This document shows, in pieces, positions 26,675-37,594 of a stretch of 64,000 bases of DNA; position 1 is the stretch's first letter, and every line of letters begins with the position of its first letter. Made by a program: the position numbers and the translations under genes. Source of the DNA: Rhodothermales bacterium (GTDB lineage: Bacteria; Bacteroidota; Rhodothermia; Rhodothermales; Bin80); the NCBI GenBank assembly GCA_965220365.1, contig OZ244823.1, positions 3,429,125 to 3,493,124 on the forward strand, written 5' to 3'. Under the pieces are notes generated by a model. It worked only from the letters and a program-made list of their open reading frames with translations. It had not been told where the DNA came from and searched no databases.

Positions 26675-29600
26675 CCTCATCCTGCTTCTGGTCCTCTTCC
26701 TGGGCTGCAGAGGTGAACCGAAAACTGAAGATAGGTTGTTCACCCTGCTGGACAAGACCCGAACCGGTGTGGATTTCGAGAACACACTGGTGCCGGAAGA
26801 TGATTTCAATATCATTGATTACCTGTACTTCTACGATGGGGGTGGAGTCGCCATCGGAGATATCAACAATGACCGTCTGCCCGACCTATTTCTGACTGGC
26901 AATCAGGTCCCTGACCGTCTCTACCTGAATCGGGGGAGTTTCCGGTTTGACGATGTGACTACCGCTGCAGGCATTCTTTCTGAAGAAAATACCTGGTCTA
27001 CCGGCGTCAGTATGGTGGATGTGAACGGGGACGGCTGGCTTGATATTTATGTCTGCAGAGTCAATCATCTCGTCAAGGCCGGACACAATCAACTCTATAT
27101 CAATCAACAGGACGGGACCTTCAAGGAAGAGAGCCAGCGCTACGGGCTGGACTTTGAAGGCCTCTCCACGCATACAGCCTGGCTGGACTACGACTTGGAT
27201 GGAGACCTAGATCTATATCTGCTCAATCACGCACTTCACTCGCGGGAATCCTACGTCCCTTCCTGGGGGAGAATGATTGATGCACCAAGAGTGGGGGATA
27301 AATTTTATCGCCAGGATGATGGATCCTTTGTAAGCATTGCAGCAGAGGCCGGTATCTACAGCAGTGCATTGGGATATGGTCTGGGGATTGCGACCAGCGA
27401 TCTGAACCAGGATGGTTGGCCAGATCTATATGTCGGCAATGATTTCCATGAGGATGACTACTTATATCTAAATACCGGACTAGGGACGTTCACGGAATCG
27501 CTCTGGGAGACAACCGGACAGACCAGCCGCTCAACCATGGGAGTTGATGTTGCTGATCTGAACAATGATGGCCTACCGGATATTGTTGCACTGGATATGC
27601 TACCTCCAGACCTGGCAACTCAGCGTACAGCCGGCAATTCAAATGCGAACGCACGGATGCGGATCCTGACAGATTTTGGTTATGGTCCGCAGGTTGCAAG
27701 GAACACGCTACAACTGCATCGGGGAATCACCCCTGAAGGGATGCCTTTCTTCAGCGAGATTGCATCCTTTGCCGGAATTACCGCAACCGACTGGTCATGG
27801 GCTCCTCTGGCAGGAGACTTTGATGGGGATGGCTGGAAAGACTTGTACATTACGAATGGGATTCCTGGCAGGCCCAACGACATGGACTACATAGAATACG
27901 TTGCTGCACCGGATATTCAACGTATCCTGCACGAAGGATCCCCCGCCCAGGAAGCCGAGATTGCGCTGAAAATGCCCGCGGCAACCATACCCAATTACGC
28001 TTTCAAGGGAGGGCGTAATCTCCAGTTTGAGGATGTCAGTACCACTTGGGGTATCGCGGATCCTGTCATTGGAAATGGTGCCGCATATGGTGACCTGGAT
28101 CTGGATGGAGACCTGGATCTGGTTGTCAATGCATTGAACCATCCCGCCCTGATCTACCGTAATGAGTCCACAAATAATCACATCTCTGTCATTCTTCGCG
28201 GTACCGGGCGCAACACATCTGCCATAGGTGCCAAGGTCAGCGTATGGGCATCTGGCATCCTAATGATGCAGGAGCAATTCCCTTCCCGCGGATTCCAGTC
28301 CTCCGTAGACCACATACTGAGTTTTGGAATTGGTGTCGCATTGAGTGCCGACTCTGTTGTTGTGATCTGGCCCTCCGGCCTCCGCTCATACAGAGATCAC
28401 ATCCCTGCCGGGACCCGCTTGATTCTGGATGAAACCGATGGCCGAACGCCTCCTACAGAAAAGGCGGATGACCCAATCTCTGCGATAGAGCTGGTAACCA
28501 GTCATGAAATTGCCTTCACACACACCGAAGATGAGGTTGGGGATTTTGAAATCCTTCCCCTCTTGCCCTACGGACGCAGTACACAAGGTGCTGCACTGGC
28601 GGTCGCGGATGTCAACGGGGACCAACTCGAAGATATCTACTTAGGTGGCGCGCGCGGCCAGCCAAGTGTTCTTTATCTACAGCTTCCAGATGGCAACTTC
28701 GAAAATGCCCCGTTCCCGGATTCGGATCAATCTAGCGAAGCCACTGCTGCTCTCTTCTTCGATGCGGATGGAGACAGAGATCCAGATTTGTATGTCGTAA
28801 ATGGCGGATGGACTGGTCCCGCCGAACTACATCAGGATCAACTGTATATCAATTCGGGGAGGGGAGATTTTTATGCTGATTCCACCAGGCTGCCGGTGCT
28901 GCACTCCAATGGGACCGTCGTGGCAGGAGCGGATATTGATCTTGATGGAGACCTAGATCTCTTTGTGGGGAGCGATACTCCACCTGATAGCTACGCCGAA
29001 GCCGGAAGAAGCAGTTTGCTCTTAAACGACGGGACCGGACATTTTCGCGATGTCACGGAAAGTTATTCCGCCGTCCTCCAACGTGTTGGACATGTAACCG
29101 GAGCGGCTTGGGCTGACCTCGTGGGAGATTCATTGCCTGACCTTGCCCTTGTTGGTGAGTGGATGCCTGTCACCATTTTTGAGAATCGTGGAACCGAACT
29201 GATTAACCGAACCGACTCTCTAGGTCTTTCAAATTCCACCGGTCTGTGGCAAAGCCTGGCTGTACTGGACTTGAATGGGGACGGGTTCGATGACCTAGTG
29301 GCAGGGAATCTTGGCCTGAATACAGTACTTGACGTGCCTGTTGCACTCTTTGCGGATGATTTTGACCAGAATGGGAGGGTTGACCCAGTAATCGCCCAAT
29401 GGGAGTATGAAGAGTGGTATGCATGGGCGTCCCGCGACGCACTACTGCAGCAGTTGCCAACACTCTCAGCACAAATACCCACCTACAATGCCTACAGGGA
29501 CCTATCGATTGCTGATTTATTTGGCGAGGATATTCAACCAGACCAGATCGTTCAGACCCTCCATTCTACCGTCTACTGGAATCATGCCGCGGAACGCTTC

Positions 29601-29924
29601 ACCGCGGAAGCAATGCCCTATGAAGTCCAATGGGCCCCCGTGATGTCTCTGGAAGCCGTCAGAATGGAACTGGGCACAGGGTTATTTATGGCCGGAAATC
29701 TGTCTACAACCTCGGATGCGTTTGGTGCCGCGAATGCGGGCTGGGGCCTACTATTGCATTTCACGGAAACGGGTAAGATGCACATCGTGCATGACAGCGG
29801 ATTCCATGTTCCAGGAGAGTCTAGAAACATTCGTCTCGTCAGGGGCCACTCAGATCAGATCATAGTTGCCCGATCAAATGACACGCCGATCATCTTCAAA
29901 CTCAATGCCTCACCCACGCGGTAA
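26664..29924 (+). CDS. CRTAC1/ASPIC-UnbV family lipoprotein with FG-GAP/VCBS repeats (paralogue 3, long form)
   Basis: Start moved to MRISLILLLVLFLGC (lipobox). Same architecture as paralogue 2 (AIGAKVSVWASGILMMQEQFPSRGFQSSVDHILSFG). Confidence 0.85.
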   Translation: MRISLILLLVLFLGCRGEPKTEDRLFTLLDKTRTGVDFENTLVPEDDFNIIDYLYFYDGGGVAIGDINNDRLPDLFLTGNQVPDRLYLNRGSFRFDDVTTAAGILSEENTWSTGVSMVDVNGDGWLDIYVCRVNHLVKAGHNQLYINQQDGTFKEESQRYGLDFEGLSTHTAWLDYDLDGDLDLYLLNHALHSRESYVPSWGRMIDAPRVGDKFYRQDDGSFVSIAAEAGIYSSALGYGLGIATSDLNQDGWPDLYVGNDFHEDDYLYLNTGLGTFTESLWETTGQTSRSTMGVDVADLNNDGLPDIVALDMLPPDLATQRTAGNSNANARMRILTDFGYGPQVARNTLQLHRGITPEGMPFFSEIASFAGITATDWSWAPLAGDFDGDGWKDLYITNGIPGRPNDMDYIEYVAAPDIQRILHEGSPAQEAEIALKMPAATIPNYAFKGGRNLQFEDVSTTWGIADPVIGNGAAYGDLDLDGDLDLVVNALNHPALIYRNESTNNHISVILRGTGRNTSAIGAKVSVWASGILMMQEQFPSRGFQSSVDHILSFGIGVALSADSVVVIWPSGLRSYRDHIPAGTRLILDETDGRTPPTEKADDPISAIELVTSHEIAFTHTEDEVGDFEILPLLPYGRSTQGAALAVADVNGDQLEDIYLGGARGQPSVLYLQLPDGNFENAPFPDSDQSSEATAALFFDADGDRDPDLYVVNGGWTGPAELHQDQLYINSGRGDFYADSTRLPVLHSNGTVVAGADIDLDGDLDLFVGSDTPPDSYAEAGRSSLLLNDGTGHFRDVTESYSAVLQRVGHVTGAAWADLVGDSLPDLALVGEWMPVTIFENRGTELINRTDSLGLSNSTGLWQSLAVLDLNGDGFDDLVAGNLGLNTVLDVPVALFADDFDQNGRVDPVIAQWEYEEWYAWASRDALLQQLPTLSAQIPTYNAYRDLSIADLFGEDIQPDQIVQTLHSTVYWNHAAERFTAEAMPYEVQWAPVMSLEAVRMELGTGLFMAGNLSTTSDAFGAANAGWGLLLHFTETGKMHIVHDSGFHVPGESRNIRLVRGHSDQIIVARSNDTPIIFKLNASPTR

Positions 29925-30041
29925 CTTCCATACTCTGTCAAGGGATGACTCAGAAAGGAAATCCCCCCGAGGCATAATCCGCTTTGCCATTGAAGCGCGG
30001 CAATTTCAGTGCTTCAATTACCGAACCCTATGATCCTGATC

Positions 30042-32489
30042 CTACAGATTCGGTGTCGGAGGCGCGGTCACGCTCTCGGAGTCCCCTGCATTCTTCACAT
30101 AAGTGTCTAACCAGCGCGTCGTTTCCCAAAGGACATGCCCAACAGATTCTCGTGCACGATATCCGTGGCTTTCATGAGGAAGCATGACTAGGCGTGCGGT
30201 CTTGCCGAGTCCCTTTAATGCTCCATAAAAGCGACGGCTCTGAAGTGGAAACGTTCCTGAGTTATTGTCTGCTTCACCATGAATAAGCAAAATTGGCTCG
30301 TTCACCTTATCTGCATGCATAAATGGTGACATCGTATAGTACGTCTCTGGTGACTCCCAGAACAGACGCTCTTCCCGCTGAAACCCAAAGGGGGTCAGTG
30401 TACGGTTATAAGCACCACTTCTCGCAATTCCAGCCCGGAAGAGATCGGAATGGGCCAAGAGGTTTGCGGTCATAAATGCACCGTAGGAATGTCCCGCGAT
30501 TGCCACACGGTTGGGATCTACAACTCCCCGCACTACGCCAGCATCAATCGCCGCCTGTGCATTGGCTACCAACTGTTCCCTGAATGTGTCGTTAGGCTCC
30601 TCTTCCCCTTCCCCAATCACGGGCATGGAGGTGCCATCAAGAACGGCATATCCCTGAGTTACATAGGGGATTGCCCCTGAGTAACTCATGTACTTGAATC
30701 GAAAGGGACTGCCGCTTCGCTGACCAGCAAAGGCTGCATTTTTGAATTCGCGCGGATAGGCCCAGATAAGTGTTGGAAGTGGTCCATCCTGCTCGCTATT
30801 ATAGTCCGGTGGAAGATAGAGCGTCGCCTTCAGGGGGACTCCATCTGCACGCATATAATTGAGTTCCTCCTTTGTCATGGCAGCCAGCTCTGGATAAGGA
30901 TGTTCAAAGTTTGTCACGGCCGCCAGAGAACCCTCTTCCAGATCGCGCACAAAATAATTCGGTGGATCATCAACCGACTCCCGAACGGTCAGAATGCGGG
31001 AACCATCCATGACTGAAACAGGGCGCTCATAGTATGGTGCCTCACTTTGGAAGAGCGTGACGGTTTCGCCCGTGTTCAAATTCAGTTTTCGTAAAAACGG
31101 GCGATCCCCATCGTCCGATGCTCCAGTACCAATAAGCAGGAGATGACTCCCATCCATTTGAAGGACCGACGTTCCCTGTGCTGTGCGTGTCCTCTGAAAG
31201 GCCCCCGGGTTACTGTAGCGATCTTCCGTGGAGCGATCAAACACCACCTTGGTGATCTCCCCAGGATCTGAAGGATTCAACAGAGATGTCTTTTGTTGCC
31301 GGGTAGACCACCATGTTTCCATAACCAGAGCCAATGATTCATTGCCCCACAGAATTCCACTGTACCGCAGTTGCAACTTTACCAAAGACGTGGGATCGGA
31401 TTCAAAGGGTGCATCCAGTAAAAAAACTTCGTCTCTTAACATTACATCAGCTCCTGCATCGCCCCCATCCAATGCTTCAACCCAAACAAGCGTGGCGGGC
31501 GAATCTGCTCTCCAGGACATACTGCGAGGCCCTTTGGTAGTGGACCCAAATGCAACCGGCACATTCTCTGCCAGAGGCAACCGTGCTACTTCTTTGACAA
31601 GCTGTCCCTGTGTGTCATACACCGTATAACTGTGTGGAAAACGACTTGCCGGAACGAGATAGGAGAATGGGCGGTGCATTGCGCGAACCAGAATATATTG
31701 CCCATCCGGGGATGGTTCCGGGGTTAGAGCTAATCCCACCGGCCCCAGCGGAGTAACCGTACCCTCAAGTGTGATATGCAGGATCTGAGATGTCATGAAC
31801 CATTCAAACAGGTCTTCATCATGCGGATTCGAGAGCAAATCCTGATACGTCCGTGCTGGTGCCTCCTCTCCTAGGTTCTCCTGGATCACCGGGCCATCTG
31901 GAGCGAGTGGCTGGGCCGGCATGTCTATCTGATCCTCCGGGACAGCACGGACTAGTAAAGACTGTGAGTCTGAATGCCAGTGCAGGCTGCCATAGGTTAT
32001 ATCATTAACCGCAATGTCCGCCAATTTGTGAGCGATCCCGGTGGATACCTCGGCAACGTACAAATCTATCCGATCAACCATGTCCACGGTAAACGCTATA
32101 TGCGCCCCATCCGGTGCCCACGATACATTTCGAATTCTACCAGATTCCGGGATCCCCGTTACGGGACGTGCCGGACTTGTGTCCAACGACTTGAAGCTGA
32201 TTCCTGAATAAGCGGTGCTCCGGCTTGGACCATGAATCCTTGGGTTGATCCGCATCCCGGCAAGTCGCATTTCTGGCGCGGCAACGTCTGCAATTGAGGG
32301 AAGCCCCGGCCTGTGTAGCAAAGCCATGAGCGTACCATCGGGGCTCAGCCGAACCGATGGAGTGACGGGGGCATCAAGCAACCGATCTAGCGGTGCAGGC
32401 GGAGCTTGATAGTCCAGTTGTGCCTCCGCAGAGCGCACACTAAGAGTAACCATAAACAGTATACATAGGAGGATAGGAGGATATTTCAT
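30042..32489 (-). CDS. S9 (prolyl oligopeptidase/dipeptidyl peptidase) family serine peptidase with an N-terminal beta-propeller
   Basis: 815 aa, signal peptide. The nucleophile elbow is GHSYGAF, and the C-terminal alpha/beta-hydrolase region has ILLIHGEADNN and ESHGY. Confidence 0.85.
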   Translation of the reverse strand: MKYPPILLCILFMVTLSVRSAEAQLDYQAPPAPLDRLLDAPVTPSVRLSPDGTLMALLHRPGLPSIADVAAPEMRLAGMRINPRIHGPSRSTAYSGISFKSLDTSPARPVTGIPESGRIRNVSWAPDGAHIAFTVDMVDRIDLYVAEVSTGIAHKLADIAVNDITYGSLHWHSDSQSLLVRAVPEDQIDMPAQPLAPDGPVIQENLGEEAPARTYQDLLSNPHDEDLFEWFMTSQILHITLEGTVTPLGPVGLALTPEPSPDGQYILVRAMHRPFSYLVPASRFPHSYTVYDTQGQLVKEVARLPLAENVPVAFGSTTKGPRSMSWRADSPATLVWVEALDGGDAGADVMLRDEVFLLDAPFESDPTSLVKLQLRYSGILWGNESLALVMETWWSTRQQKTSLLNPSDPGEITKVVFDRSTEDRYSNPGAFQRTRTAQGTSVLQMDGSHLLLIGTGASDDGDRPFLRKLNLNTGETVTLFQSEAPYYERPVSVMDGSRILTVRESVDDPPNYFVRDLEEGSLAAVTNFEHPYPELAAMTKEELNYMRADGVPLKATLYLPPDYNSEQDGPLPTLIWAYPREFKNAAFAGQRSGSPFRFKYMSYSGAIPYVTQGYAVLDGTSMPVIGEGEEEPNDTFREQLVANAQAAIDAGVVRGVVDPNRVAIAGHSYGAFMTANLLAHSDLFRAGIARSGAYNRTLTPFGFQREERLFWESPETYYTMSPFMHADKVNEPILLIHGEADNNSGTFPLQSRRFYGALKGLGKTARLVMLPHESHGYRARESVGHVLWETTRWLDTYVKNAGDSESVTAPPTPNL

Positions 32490-32852
32490 GATCCGACTTG
32501 AACTTGATTTTACAGAAAATACGACCGGAACAACAACCTATCCGAATCCTCTATTGTTCCGAAACCTGAAGAGTCTCCTTCTTAACCTTTGACGACACAG
32601 ATTTCAACAAGGGTCTTGAACCCGTCGCAGATCCTGCCCGTGCATTGAGTTGCACAACCTATTATACTGGCCTTTCTCAGCTAGTTATTCACAATTTATC
32701 CACAAACAATACAACCGGAACAAATAGGTCAAAGCCTAGATAAAACCGAAATATGACGTATATTCGTCGTGCATGTGCTCGCCTGCAGGTGCAGAGGGCC
32801 GCACTCTTCGGTGCCCCCCCCCTTTTTTATCAATCATATCTCATTCCACAAC

Positions 32853-35800
32853 ATGAAGATAAAATTATTTTTATGCGCGCTGATTCCGTTCGCTGCTTTT
32901 TCGGCGGGAAGCGCTTTCGCTCAAAGCCAGGTTCAAGGTACGGTGCGTGATGCCTCGTCAGCTGAACCGCTGCCTGGTGTAAATATCGTCATCAAGGGAA
33001 CCTTTGAAGGAACCACCTCCGACATCAGTGGAGCTTACAGTCTCACCGTGGCTTCACTACAGGACACCTTGGTCTTTTCCTTTATCGGATTCGACACGCA
33101 GGAAGTCGGAATTGATGGTCGAACAACCGTCGATGTGGACTTGATCGAAACAGTCTATGAGGTCGGTGAAGAACTGGTGGTAACAGGCTATGGATCCCAG
33201 GAACGTCGAACTATTACGGGTTCCGTCTCCAACCTTGGAGAGGACGATTTTGTGACTGGTAACGTAAACTCTGTCGAGGAAATGATCCAAGGCAAGGTGG
33301 CCGGGCTTCAAATCAGCACCCGTAATGGGAATCCGAATGATTCACCGGATGTCCGGTTGCGCGGAATTTCCTCTTTCGGGGCAAATCAGTCTCCTCTGGT
33401 TGTTGTGGACGGCGTTGTTGGTGGCAGTATTGACAGCATTGATCCTACAGATATTGAATCTATCGATGTGCTCAAAGATGCCTCTGCCTCAGCTATTTAT
33501 GGGACTCGCGGATCCGCTGGCGTGATCCTCATCACCACCAAAACCGGTGAAGCTCGTGAGGGAGTATCTGTCGATTATAACGCCTACTACACCTTTGAAG
33601 GGATTGAAAACCGCCTGGATGTGCTTTCCGGTGATGAGTTCCGCCGGTTATCTCAAGAGACTGGTTTTGCCGCTCCAGATTTAGGCCACAATACAGATTG
33701 GTTTGAGGAAGTCACCCAGCAAGGTTCGAACATGGTTCATACCCTTGCACTCAGTGGTGGAAGCGAAAATTCTATTTATCGGGTTTCAGGGAATTTCCGG
33801 GACCGTAATGGAATTCAGCGCTATACCGGCTTCCAGGAAATCGGTGGACGGCTCAACTTTACTCAGTGGACGCTTAATCGCAAGTTGGAGATCACTATCC
33901 AGTTATCCGCCAACAAGAAGGATCAAAACTTCGGTTTTGCAGATGCCTTCAAGTTTTCCGGCGTCATGAACCCAACTGCACCGGTAACGGCAGATGGATT
34001 CGAGAATACTGGTGGGTTCTTTGAACAACCGCTGTTTAACTATTTCAATCCGGTTGCAATCATTGAAGAAGGAAGCCGGACTGGTGAAAATAAACTTTTC
34101 ACCAGCGTATTCAGGGGTGAATACGATTTGTCCGCGCTCCTGCCTGGGCTCTCAGTCGCAGCGCAATATTCCTATCAGAATAACGACGTGGTTGCGAGAA
34201 ATTTCTACTCGCGGCGGCACAAGGTTGGTGGCGGTGCCACCGCTGCGTCGCTTGGACCTGGATTTGCTTCGCAATCCTATGCAGATTTGGAGAGCGAGCT
34301 TTTTGAAACGACGCTTCATTATGCTGGTGATCTGACCAGTGATGTTGGGCTTGAATTCATCGGCGGGTACTCCTTCAATGAATTCATCAGTGAGGGCTTT
34401 GATGCTGGTGGAGGCGACTTTGTTACAGATAACGTTGAAGTGAACAACTTCTCTTTCGCACAGGATTTCAACCAGGGAGAAGCCAGTGTTGGCAGCTTTC
34501 GGGATACAAATCGTCTGATCGCCTTCTTTGGCCGAGCGAATGTGAATTATGACGGGACTTTCTTCTTGAATGGCAGCGTTCGTCGGGAGGGATCTTCACG
34601 CTTTGGGGTTGACAACAAATGGGGACTTTTCTGGTCCGCCGGAGTCGGGGTTGAGTTGGCAAGCCTCGTCGAACTTCCCTACTTCAGTGAACTACGCCTC
34701 CGAGCCAGTATTGGTAAGACTGGACAGGACGCTCCAGTCAGCGGCCTTTCTCTCTCCAGGCTTGGTCCAGCAGGGAGCTTCTTTGTAGGTGGCCAATATA
34801 TCCAAAGCTTCAGTCCAGTCAGCAACCCAAATCCAAACCTGAAGTGGGAAGAGAAGACAGAAATTAATTTCGGACTTGATTTCGTTGCTCTGGACAATCG
34901 CCTGAGTGGCCGTATAGATGCATATCAGTCCACGACCAGCGACTTGCTCTTCCAGATCGCCGTACCTGTTCCTCCGAACCTGTTTCCAACCACATGGAGC
35001 AATGTTGGAGAGTTATCAACTCAGGGGCTGGAGTTCTCTCTGGACTATGATATTCTCCAAGCCGGTTCTGCCTCTGGCTTCACGTGGAATTCAGGGCTGA
35101 TTGCTTCCTTCTACTCGGAAACAATGCTGGATGAGTACCTGACAGAAGACGTCCAGTTCATAGCTGAACCTGGTGCTCCGGGACTCAATAACGTCCAGAT
35201 GATTCGGATTAAAGAGGGGGAACCCATTGGCCAATTGTGGGGGCCCCAGTTTTCTAGGATTGGTGACAATGGTCGATGGCTTTTCCATGCCGCAGATGGC
35301 ACAGAAAAAGAGTATGAGGACTTGGCCTTTGGAGATGGAGGAGACGAGCAAATTCTTGGAAATGGCCTCCCTGATTTCCAGCTGGGTTGGTCGAACCGCA
35401 TGTCCTACGGAGATTTTGATGCTAGCTTCTTCTTTGAAGGAGTATTTGGTCATCAAATCGCAAATATGTTCAGTACATTCTACTCCGTGCCAAAACAGAT
35501 TTCATCCTACAATGTCTTGCAGGATGCATTCGATTTGGCCGATCTTAACGATGATCCGCGCTGGTCCAGTTACCACGTTGAAAACGGAGATTATGTACGT
35601 TTGAGCAATGCCTCGATTGGATACACGCTCCCTGCGTCTACGCTTGCAGACACTCCCATCAGGCGGGTACGAATCTATCTATCCGGGAATAACCTGTTTA
35701 CGATCACCGGCTATTCCGGTCTGAACCCGCAGGTACGGTATGTCGACCGTAATCAAGGACAATCAGGACAAGGAGCTACAGTTGGCCCGCTTGGACCGGG

Positions 35801-35867
35801 AATTGAGCGTCGCTTGGAATATTTCACAACACGCTCTGTCAGTTTTGGCGTCAACATCAATTTGTAA
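32853..35867 (+). CDS. SusC/RagA-family TonB-linked outer-membrane transporter
   Basis: Start moved to MKIKLFLCALIPFAAFSAGSAFAQ. Has a CarboxypepD_reg-like N-terminus (VQGTVRDASSAEPLPGVNIVIKGT), a plug (ITGSVS..., IESIDVLKDASASAIYGTRGSAGVILITTK) and a C-terminal beta-barrel ending in F-x-L. A SusD gene immediately follows. Confidence 0.9.
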   Translation: MKIKLFLCALIPFAAFSAGSAFAQSQVQGTVRDASSAEPLPGVNIVIKGTFEGTTSDISGAYSLTVASLQDTLVFSFIGFDTQEVGIDGRTTVDVDLIETVYEVGEELVVTGYGSQERRTITGSVSNLGEDDFVTGNVNSVEEMIQGKVAGLQISTRNGNPNDSPDVRLRGISSFGANQSPLVVVDGVVGGSIDSIDPTDIESIDVLKDASASAIYGTRGSAGVILITTKTGEAREGVSVDYNAYYTFEGIENRLDVLSGDEFRRLSQETGFAAPDLGHNTDWFEEVTQQGSNMVHTLALSGGSENSIYRVSGNFRDRNGIQRYTGFQEIGGRLNFTQWTLNRKLEITIQLSANKKDQNFGFADAFKFSGVMNPTAPVTADGFENTGGFFEQPLFNYFNPVAIIEEGSRTGENKLFTSVFRGEYDLSALLPGLSVAAQYSYQNNDVVARNFYSRRHKVGGGATAASLGPGFASQSYADLESELFETTLHYAGDLTSDVGLEFIGGYSFNEFISEGFDAGGGDFVTDNVEVNNFSFAQDFNQGEASVGSFRDTNRLIAFFGRANVNYDGTFFLNGSVRREGSSRFGVDNKWGLFWSAGVGVELASLVELPYFSELRLRASIGKTGQDAPVSGLSLSRLGPAGSFFVGGQYIQSFSPVSNPNPNLKWEEKTEINFGLDFVALDNRLSGRIDAYQSTTSDLLFQIAVPVPPNLFPTTWSNVGELSTQGLEFSLDYDILQAGSASGFTWNSGLIASFYSETMLDEYLTEDVQFIAEPGAPGLNNVQMIRIKEGEPIGQLWGPQFSRIGDNGRWLFHAADGTEKEYEDLAFGDGGDEQILGNGLPDFQLGWSNRMSYGDFDASFFFEGVFGHQIANMFSTFYSVPKQISSYNVLQDAFDLADLNDDPRWSSYHVENGDYVRLSNASIGYTLPASTLADTPIRRVRIYLSGNNLFTITGYSGLNPQVRYVDRNQGQSGQGATVGPLGPGIERRLEYFTTRSVSFGVNINL

Positions 35868-35898
35868 CAACAGACCAACAAACGTAAATAGATTAAAA

Positions 35899-37575
35899 AT
35901 GAAAAAAACACTCACACTTCGCTCGTTGGTCCTTGCGGTGGGCATGCTACTCTTTGCTTCGGCGTGCACGGACCTCGCAGAAACCGTCGACAACCAAGTT
36001 CAGCCATCCGATTTTTTTCAGAATGACCAACAGTTCATCTCAGCGATGGGCGATGCTTATAGCAACCTAGGAGCGGTTGGAGGCTCTGGACCTCCTGGAC
36101 AGTTTAACGAAGTCACAACCGATGAACTTATCGTCCCCACCAGAGGGCAGGACTGGTCCGATGGTGGCTTTTGGGTCCGCCTCCATACCCATGCATGGTT
36201 AGCTAACGAAGGTACCTTTGAGGGATTCTGGAATGGATATTTTGGTGGTGTCAACAATTCGAACCGTCTCATTTTCCAGTTTGAGAGTGCTTTGGATGAC
36301 GGAACCGCGAACGCTGACCTTGTCGTCCCTTTCGTATCCGAGCTAAAGGCGCTCCGGGCATTTTACTATTTCTGGCTTCTTGACGCCTTCGGTAATGTGC
36401 CTATCGTAACCAGTTTCATTGACGCAGAGGAACAGCCGTCTCAACCATCTTCCGATTTTTCAGAAGGTCGGCGCATGGTTTTTGAATTCGTGGAGAGGGA
36501 ACTCTTGGATAACCTACCCAACCTGAGTTCAGACGCACGGGGCACCTATGGAAGAATGAATGCTTATGTGGCGCAGATGACGTTGGCAAAATTGTACATG
36601 AATGCCGAAGTCTATACAGGAGTGCCTCGATGGAATGATGCGTTGACCCAGCTGAATGGAATCATTAATTCTGGTGTCTATAGTTTGGCGGCAGATTATC
36701 ATTCCAATTTCTTGGTTCAGAACGATGGATCACCCGAAAACATTTTCGTTGTTCCCTATGACAAAGTATTCCGGGGTGGGTTCAACCTGCATCAAATGAC
36801 ACTGCATTATGGTAGCCAGAATTCCTATAATTTCCAGAATCAGCCTTGGAATGGATGGAGTGCGACGCAAAAGCTCTATGAGTCCGTCATTGATCCTGTA
36901 CAAAATCCAGGTCCTCAAGGGGAAGTTTACGGAGTAAATCCTACTAGCGATGATGCCGGCGTTGAACGTGTCATGGGAACATTGGATGATCGTCTCGGCA
37001 ATTTCCTGGTTGGCCCCCAGTATACAGCTGCTGGTGATCGCGTACTGGATTCTGGCGTATTCAGTGATTTTGACAAGAATGGTGAACCACTCTCTTTCGT
37101 ACCTACGATCACTGAATTTGATAATGACGAGTTTCGGGGTCTTACCTGTCGCCAATGCGGTGCCCGGATTGGTAAGTATGAGTTTGAGCCTGGGATCGGC
37201 AGTGAGATGAGTAATGACTTTGTAATCTTCAGATACTCTGATGTCCTGCTTCTCAAAGCCGAAGCTCTATGGAGACAAAATCCCGCCAGTGCCGAAGCAT
37301 TAGCTCTGGTCAATCAGGTTCGTATGCGCTCGGGAGTTGATCCATTTGACAATCTCACTGAAGATCGGCTTCTGGCCGAGCGTGGACGAGAATTATTCTT
37401 TGAACAGACCCGGCGACAGGACTTAATTCGATTTGCTGGTACTGAAGGCGGAGAAACGCGCTATAACGATCCTTGGAGATACAAGGAACTCTCTGGTGCA
37501 TTTCGTAATGTGGCTCCAATTCCGGAAAACCAATTACAGGCCAATCCGAATCTAGTCCAGAACCCCGGTTACTAG
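35899..37575 (+). CDS. SusD/RagB-family nutrient-binding outer-membrane lipoprotein
   Basis: Start moved to MKKTLTLRSLVLAVGMLLFASAC (lipobox). Has typical SusD blocks (LRAFYYFWLLDAFGNVPI, FRYSDVLLLKAEA, ERGRELFFE..RR.DLIRF) and sits directly after SusC. Confidence 0.85.
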   Translation: MKKTLTLRSLVLAVGMLLFASACTDLAETVDNQVQPSDFFQNDQQFISAMGDAYSNLGAVGGSGPPGQFNEVTTDELIVPTRGQDWSDGGFWVRLHTHAWLANEGTFEGFWNGYFGGVNNSNRLIFQFESALDDGTANADLVVPFVSELKALRAFYYFWLLDAFGNVPIVTSFIDAEEQPSQPSSDFSEGRRMVFEFVERELLDNLPNLSSDARGTYGRMNAYVAQMTLAKLYMNAEVYTGVPRWNDALTQLNGIINSGVYSLAADYHSNFLVQNDGSPENIFVVPYDKVFRGGFNLHQMTLHYGSQNSYNFQNQPWNGWSATQKLYESVIDPVQNPGPQGEVYGVNPTSDDAGVERVMGTLDDRLGNFLVGPQYTAAGDRVLDSGVFSDFDKNGEPLSFVPTITEFDNDEFRGLTCRQCGARIGKYEFEPGIGSEMSNDFVIFRYSDVLLLKAEALWRQNPASAEALALVNQVRMRSGVDPFDNLTEDRLLAERGRELFFEQTRRQDLIRFAGTEGGETRYNDPWRYKELSGAFRNVAPIPENQLQANPNLVQNPGY

Positions 37576-37594
37576 GTTTTGCAGATTCTCTTAG

